Of a DNA stretch of 64,000 nucleotides, positions 60,158-64,000 are shown in pieces; position 1 is the first letter of the stretch, and the number at the start of each line of letters is the position of its first letter. Position numbers and translations under genes: made by a program. The stretch is from Candidatus Wolfebacteria bacterium GW2011_GWB1_47_1 (GTDB lineage Bacteria; Patescibacteriota; Minisyncoccia; UBA6257; UBA9933). The notes under the pieces were generated by a model, which saw nothing but the letters and a program-made list of their open reading frames with translations, did not search any database and was not told the origin of the DNA. Location of the stretch: assembly GCA_001029635.1 (NCBI GenBank), contig CP011209.1:484970-548969 (forward strand), given 5' to 3'.

Positions 60158-61045
60158 ATGGAAATACCAACCGCTCGAAGAGGTGAATATCTTCAAACTG
60201 TATTTAGAATTATTGAAAAAAATGGTGGCAGTTTGCCATTGCGTGAAATTCTAGTCGAGATGCCAAAGTCACTTATATTTAATGAGTATGAGGCTGGGCA
60301 TTATGAAAAGACGGGGTATGTGAGGTGGAGATCGATGATGTACTTGTATTCCATCGACTGTGTAAAAGCGGGCTGGTTGGTTAAAAATAAAGGCACCTGG
60401 TCTATTACTGAAGAGGGTAGAAAAACCCTACAATTTTCTCCGGAAGAATTTATTAGGATAGCTACTCAGAAATATAGGGAATGGAAACGGCAGAAGGATT
60501 TCGTTGAGTTGGTTGCGGAAGATGAGAGAGGAGCGGATATTGCCGAGCGCGAGGCGACTATTGGCTATGAGCAGGCTGCAGAGATTGCGCGGAATGAAAT
60601 AGTTGAGCATATTCGAGCTTTAAATCCATATGAGTTTCAGGATCTTGCTGCGGCACTATTACGCGGTATGGGATATTATGTTTCTGAGGTTGCGGCACCC
60701 GGTCCTGATGGGGGTGTTGATATTCGAGCCTATAAAGACCCTCTTGGAGTCGAAGGTGCTCGTATTAAGGTTCAAGTAAAGCATAGGAAGGATACTAAAG
60801 TTACGAATAGTGAAGTTTCTGCGCTGAATGGATTATTGAGAAATGGGGATGTTGGCTTAATTGTTTCTAGCGGGGGATTTACCCGAGAAGCAGTTAAGGA
60901 GATGAGGAATTCCAATAACCATATCGAAAAAATTGACCTTGATGATTTGATTGATTTTTGGGAAGAATATTATGATAAATTACGCGAAGAAGATAAGTTA
61001 CTATTACCCTTGCGTCGAATTGCTTTTCTTGCTCCCAATAAATAA
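60158..61045 (+). CDS. mrr: Mrr-family type IV restriction endonuclease
   Basis: N-terminal winged helix (GTWSITEEG); FQDLAAALLRGMGY, GPDGGVDI, VQVKH; AT-richer than the preceding helicase. Confidence 0.88.
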   Translation: MEIPTARRGEYLQTVFRIIEKNGGSLPLREILVEMPKSLIFNEYEAGHYEKTGYVRWRSMMYLYSIDCVKAGWLVKNKGTWSITEEGRKTLQFSPEEFIRIATQKYREWKRQKDFVELVAEDERGADIAEREATIGYEQAAEIARNEIVEHIRALNPYEFQDLAAALLRGMGYYVSEVAAPGPDGGVDIRAYKDPLGVEGARIKVQVKHRKDTKVTNSEVSALNGLLRNGDVGLIVSSGGFTREAVKEMRNSNNHIEKIDLDDLIDFWEEYYDKLREEDKLLLPLRRIAFLAPNK

Positions 61046-61137
61046 TAACTAATTTATTTTTCCGTAACGCTTAAATATCTGAACCTGGACGCGCTGAAGT
61101 CATCCTGTGACGTGGCGTGTGATGTAATTAATGCACT

Positions 61138-61551
61138 ATGGTTTTGTCGAAAGAGGAATCGGTCAATATCCCATTAGTTGGAGCTGCGCCGTGCGGTACG
61201 CCGCTTTTCGCCGAAGAAAATATCGAGCAACTAATCCCGGTGCCAAAGGAGAAGTTACAAAGCGGGCTGCGATATTTTATTTTGCGAGCGACCGGTGATT
61301 CGATGAATAAGGCCGGGATTAACGACGGAGATCTAATTTTATGCAAGCAAAAACTTACTGCGAGGGAGAATGATTTGGTTGTTGCGTTGATTGATGACGA
61401 GGCGACAGTTAAAGAATTTCATCTTGAGGGCGATACTATTGTGCTTAAACCGCGCTCGACGAATCCGGAACACCAGCCACGTTATTTTACAAAAGGTGAG
61501 AATTTGAAGATCCAAGGGATTGTTCAGGAGGTCGTGCGGCTTTTTGCATAA
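61138..61551 (+). CDS. Stand-alone S24 peptidase (LexA/UmuD C-terminal domain, no DNA-binding domain)
   Basis: IPLVGAAPCG (cleavage-site region), GDSM (Ser), ATVK (Lys); in-frame TAA just upstream. Confidence 0.82.
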   Translation: MVLSKEESVNIPLVGAAPCGTPLFAEENIEQLIPVPKEKLQSGLRYFILRATGDSMNKAGINDGDLILCKQKLTARENDLVVALIDDEATVKEFHLEGDTIVLKPRSTNPEHQPRYFTKGENLKIQGIVQEVVRLFA

Positions 61552-61688
61552 TATAATCTATTACGTTTATTTACGTTTATATTGAGTTTAGAACATCTAT
61601 ATAAAGGTGTTTGATATAATACCATACGCATTTGGATTAATGGGGTTAGATGCCATTAATTTGGCGCGATTCATGATATAATTAACCC

Positions 61689-62750
61689 ATGAAGTTCAAC
61701 ACTGCACTCAAAGTGTTTGTCGCAATTATAATCGCCGAACTTGCGGGGGTTATTGGTTTGTTCTTCGCCGCAAACTCGGTATCGACCTGGTATGCAACTC
61801 AACTTGTGAGGCCGTCTTGGAATCCGTCTTCGTGGGTGTTTGGTCCTGTGTGGATCACGTTGTATGCGATGATGGGTATCACATCGTATTTGGTTTGGTC
61901 TGCTGCTACCAAGCGAACCATGGAAGGGGGTGTACAGAAGGCAAGCCTTCGCAAGCGGGTGCGCGGCGCGTTGACCATCTATGGCATGCAACTTGCTTTA
62001 AATGCCGCTTGGTCCATTATCTTCTTCGGTCTACGGAGCCCGGGATGGGCGTTTGTCGAGATCGTCTTTTTGTGGATCGCTATCGTTGCCACGATCGGCG
62101 TGTTTTGGCGCATTTCGAAGCCTGCCGCATGGCTGTTGGTCCCGTACATTCTTTGGGTCAGCTTCGCGGGGTATTTGAATTATACAATCTGGTCCTTGAA
62201 TCAGGGTGGATCTACGGTGCAGCCGTATTGCACCATGGAAGCGAAAGTGTGCCCTGATGGATCGTCTGTTGGGCGCAGTGGGCCGAAGTGTGAATTTGCT
62301 GCATGTCCTGAATCGCGATACGATACAACTTGGAAGACGGCAACTGACGAAGAAAAGGGAATCACATTCCGCTACCCAGAAGATCTTGGAACCACCTACA
62401 TGCGTGCGTATGATTGGCCTCCGCAGGTTGCCATCACCAACGGACCGTTTGAATGTACCGATGCTGGCTCTGAGATCGAGCGCGCCGGAAGGACGCATCC
62501 ATGGAAGATCGATGACCGAACGTACTGTGTGACCGAAGTTGTGCAGGGCGCTGCGGGGAGTATGTATACGCAATATGCGTATGCGGTAGAGCGCGGCCCA
62601 CAGGTTTGGATCTTCACTGCGACGGTGCGTGCCACGCAGTGTGGCAACTACGATGAGCCGCATATGACAGAATGTCAGGCAGAGCGCGATACCTTTGACT
62701 TTGATACCGTTATGGATCGCATTATTCGAACCGCAACGACGATACGTTGA
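61689..62750 (+). CDS. TspO/MBR protein fused to an extracytoplasmic Cys-rich domain
   Basis: WYA.L.RPSWNPSSWVFGPVW..LY, QLALNAAWS.IFF, LLVPYILWVSFA.YLN; then CTMEAKVCPDGSSVGRSGPKCEFAACP. Confidence 0.88.
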   Translation: MKFNTALKVFVAIIIAELAGVIGLFFAANSVSTWYATQLVRPSWNPSSWVFGPVWITLYAMMGITSYLVWSAATKRTMEGGVQKASLRKRVRGALTIYGMQLALNAAWSIIFFGLRSPGWAFVEIVFLWIAIVATIGVFWRISKPAAWLLVPYILWVSFAGYLNYTIWSLNQGGSTVQPYCTMEAKVCPDGSSVGRSGPKCEFAACPESRYDTTWKTATDEEKGITFRYPEDLGTTYMRAYDWPPQVAITNGPFECTDAGSEIERAGRTHPWKIDDRTYCVTEVVQGAAGSMYTQYAYAVERGPQVWIFTATVRATQCGNYDEPHMTECQAERDTFDFDTVMDRIIRTATTIR

Positions 62751-63265
62751 TCGATATGCAGCATACGATTGTTGAAGTGAGCGATATCATGCAAAGCGGA
62801 TATCGCTATACGTTGGTGGAACCGATGGGGAAGAATTTTGACCCAGCCTTTGCGCCCGAATTAACACCCAAAGAAATGCTTCGTTTGGGTGTTTTTGGTG
62901 GGAAGTATATGACCGATTGTGCATATGAATTTCCGGCTGATTGGTATGCCAAGGCGAAGTTGTGTCCCGAGCGACACGACCCGAAGCTGAACTATTTTGG
63001 GGTGAACGCATCGCAACCGCTTTCGGTTTGGCGGGCGAAGGGATGGATCCACCTCGACGATCCGCGCGGATGGTTCCAATGGTATTGCCGCTATTATATG
63101 GGGCGGCGTATGCCTGATGAAGATAAGAAGCAGATTCGCCGATGGAAGGCCATCGGGCGGCATATCGCGCAGGTGCGGAAGAATTGCCCTAAGGGCGATG
63201 CAACCTGCCGACCTAGGCAACGGCAAGCTATTTTGCATTGGGCGTATGACGCTCGGGAATTATAA
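62747..63265 (+). CDS. Conserved hypothetical protein
   Basis: TPKEMLRLGVFGGKY...NYFGVNAS...W...GWI...DPRGWFQWYCRYYMGRR...QIRRW. Confidence 0.8.
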   Translation: MIDMQHTIVEVSDIMQSGYRYTLVEPMGKNFDPAFAPELTPKEMLRLGVFGGKYMTDCAYEFPADWYAKAKLCPERHDPKLNYFGVNASQPLSVWRAKGWIHLDDPRGWFQWYCRYYMGRRMPDEDKKQIRRWKAIGRHIAQVRKNCPKGDATCRPRQRQAILHWAYDAREL

Positions 63266-63365
63266 CAAAACACCCTGCTGCCGCAGGAGTGTTTTTTAAC
63301 GATGTTTTGTTTGATCCGATAGTATTCTTGACCCTTCTCGAATCGCGTCTCGATGCTATGTTTAT

Positions 63366-63522
63366 TTGCGTGCATGTATGCATATATACCTGCGCGTTTG
63401 TATATGCGCATACTTGTACGGATGTAGATACATGTTTGTGCGTATGGTATGTATGTGTATATACGTACGCATGTATGTGTATGTATGTGTATATACGTAC
63501 GCATGTATGTGTATGTATGTAT
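63366..63522. repeat. Alternating purine-pyrimidine tract with a 32-bp tandem repeat (x2.3)
   Basis: GTATGTATGTGTATATACGTACGCATGTATGT at 63447-63478 and 63479-63510 plus a partial copy; strict RY alternation 63447-63522. Confidence 0.9.
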
Positions 63523-63544
63523 CCGGATAGTTGCAAGGTATCAA

Positions 63545-63580
63545 TTTACTTTTATCTGACGACCGTCAGATAAAAGTAAA
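63545..63580. promoter_or_regulatory. Perfect 17-bp inverted repeat, candidate operator
   Basis: TTTACTTTTATCTGACG-AC-CGTCAGATAAAAGTAAA over the -35 region of a TG-n-TACACT promoter. Confidence 0.7.
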
Positions 63581-63610
63581 ATGCTATTGGTTGTGCTACA
63601 CTAGTGCTAT

Positions 63611-64000
63611 ATGGCAAAAGGAGACCTTATGTGGGGAATATTGGCCGTTATTGGCATGGGTGTTATGTCTGTTATAGAAGTGTCTGATATTATTCTCGAA
63701 ACTCCGTACAAGGGCACTGGCGGGGGACGCGGTAAAGCAGCCAATATAACCTTATCTCCACAAGACGCAAAGCGAGCTCAGCGCAGGCGTTATGATAATT
63801 TGGTCTACCGATTAAAACAACAGGGATTACTCGAGGAAGTCGAGAAGGAAGGAAAGAAGTTCTTTCGGCTCACTGCTGAGGGGAAAAGAAAATTAACAAA
63901 ATCAAAAGAAAGCCCGTCTTTGCCATCCCTCTATTATGAAAAGGAGAAAGATGAGCGATTTGTTATCGTAATGTTTGACATACCCGAACAAGACAGGAAG
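63611..64000 (+). CDS. PaaX-like winged-helix protein with a Cas2-like C-terminal domain (3'-truncated by the window)
   Basis: Translated by hand: MAKGDLMWGILAVIG...VYRLKQQGLLE...FRLTAEGK...FVIVMFDIPEQDRK. Confidence 0.8.
   Translation, partial: MAKGDLMWGILAVIGMGVMSVIEVSDIILETPYKGTGGGRGKAANITLSPQDAKRAQRRRYDNLVYRLKQQGLLEEVEKEGKKFFRLTAEGKRKLTKSKESPSLPSLYYEKEKDERFVIVMFDIPEQDRK

Noticed and set aside
63094-63573. His/Tyr/Cys-rich ORFs over the RY tract
   Set aside because: They are low-complexity translations of the repeat in several frames.
63366-64000. CRISPR array with cas2
   Set aside because: The 32-bp units are contiguous with no spacers, no cas1 is in the window, and the protein has a PaaX-like winged helix.

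Overview
A 64-kb stretch of a bacterial chromosome read with genetic code 11. The gene content suggests Patescibacteria/CPR (Parcubacteria-like), which is an inference from the sigma70-r4/HARE-HTH protein, the membrane protein + VirD4/HerA-like ATPase pair, the 'CTMEAKxCPDGS' motif and a PaaX/Cas2-like protein. Core genes are secD, secF, efp, mnmA, copB, tyrS, rplU, recR, dnaB, NAD kinase, ppsA, tsaD, rodA, mltG, rpoB, rpoC, rpsF-ssb-rpsR and htpX, plus six tRNAs (Ala, Arg, Pro, Phe, His, Ser). No CRISPR array, transposase, integrase or rRNA was seen. Five signals stand out. (1) A ~120-130 bp structured repeat with covarying stems occurs in four copies, each starting at the stop codon of a + strand gene. 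(2) About 12 orphan genes are built as self-contained cassettes (TTGAC promoter, AGGAGG-type Shine-Dalgarno, own terminator), whereas the core genes checked lack an SD and often look leaderless. (3) Two single genes are bracketed by exact 34-43 bp direct repeats. (4) A structured element after tRNA-Arg carries an antisense T-arm copy and a duplicated tRNA 3' end, and palindromic or short repeats are inserted in frame in tsaD, mnmA and the VirD4-like gene. (5) A purine-pyrimidine tract and a perfect 17-bp inverted repeat precede the PaaX-like gene. All calls come from reading motifs by eye; no database searches were run.
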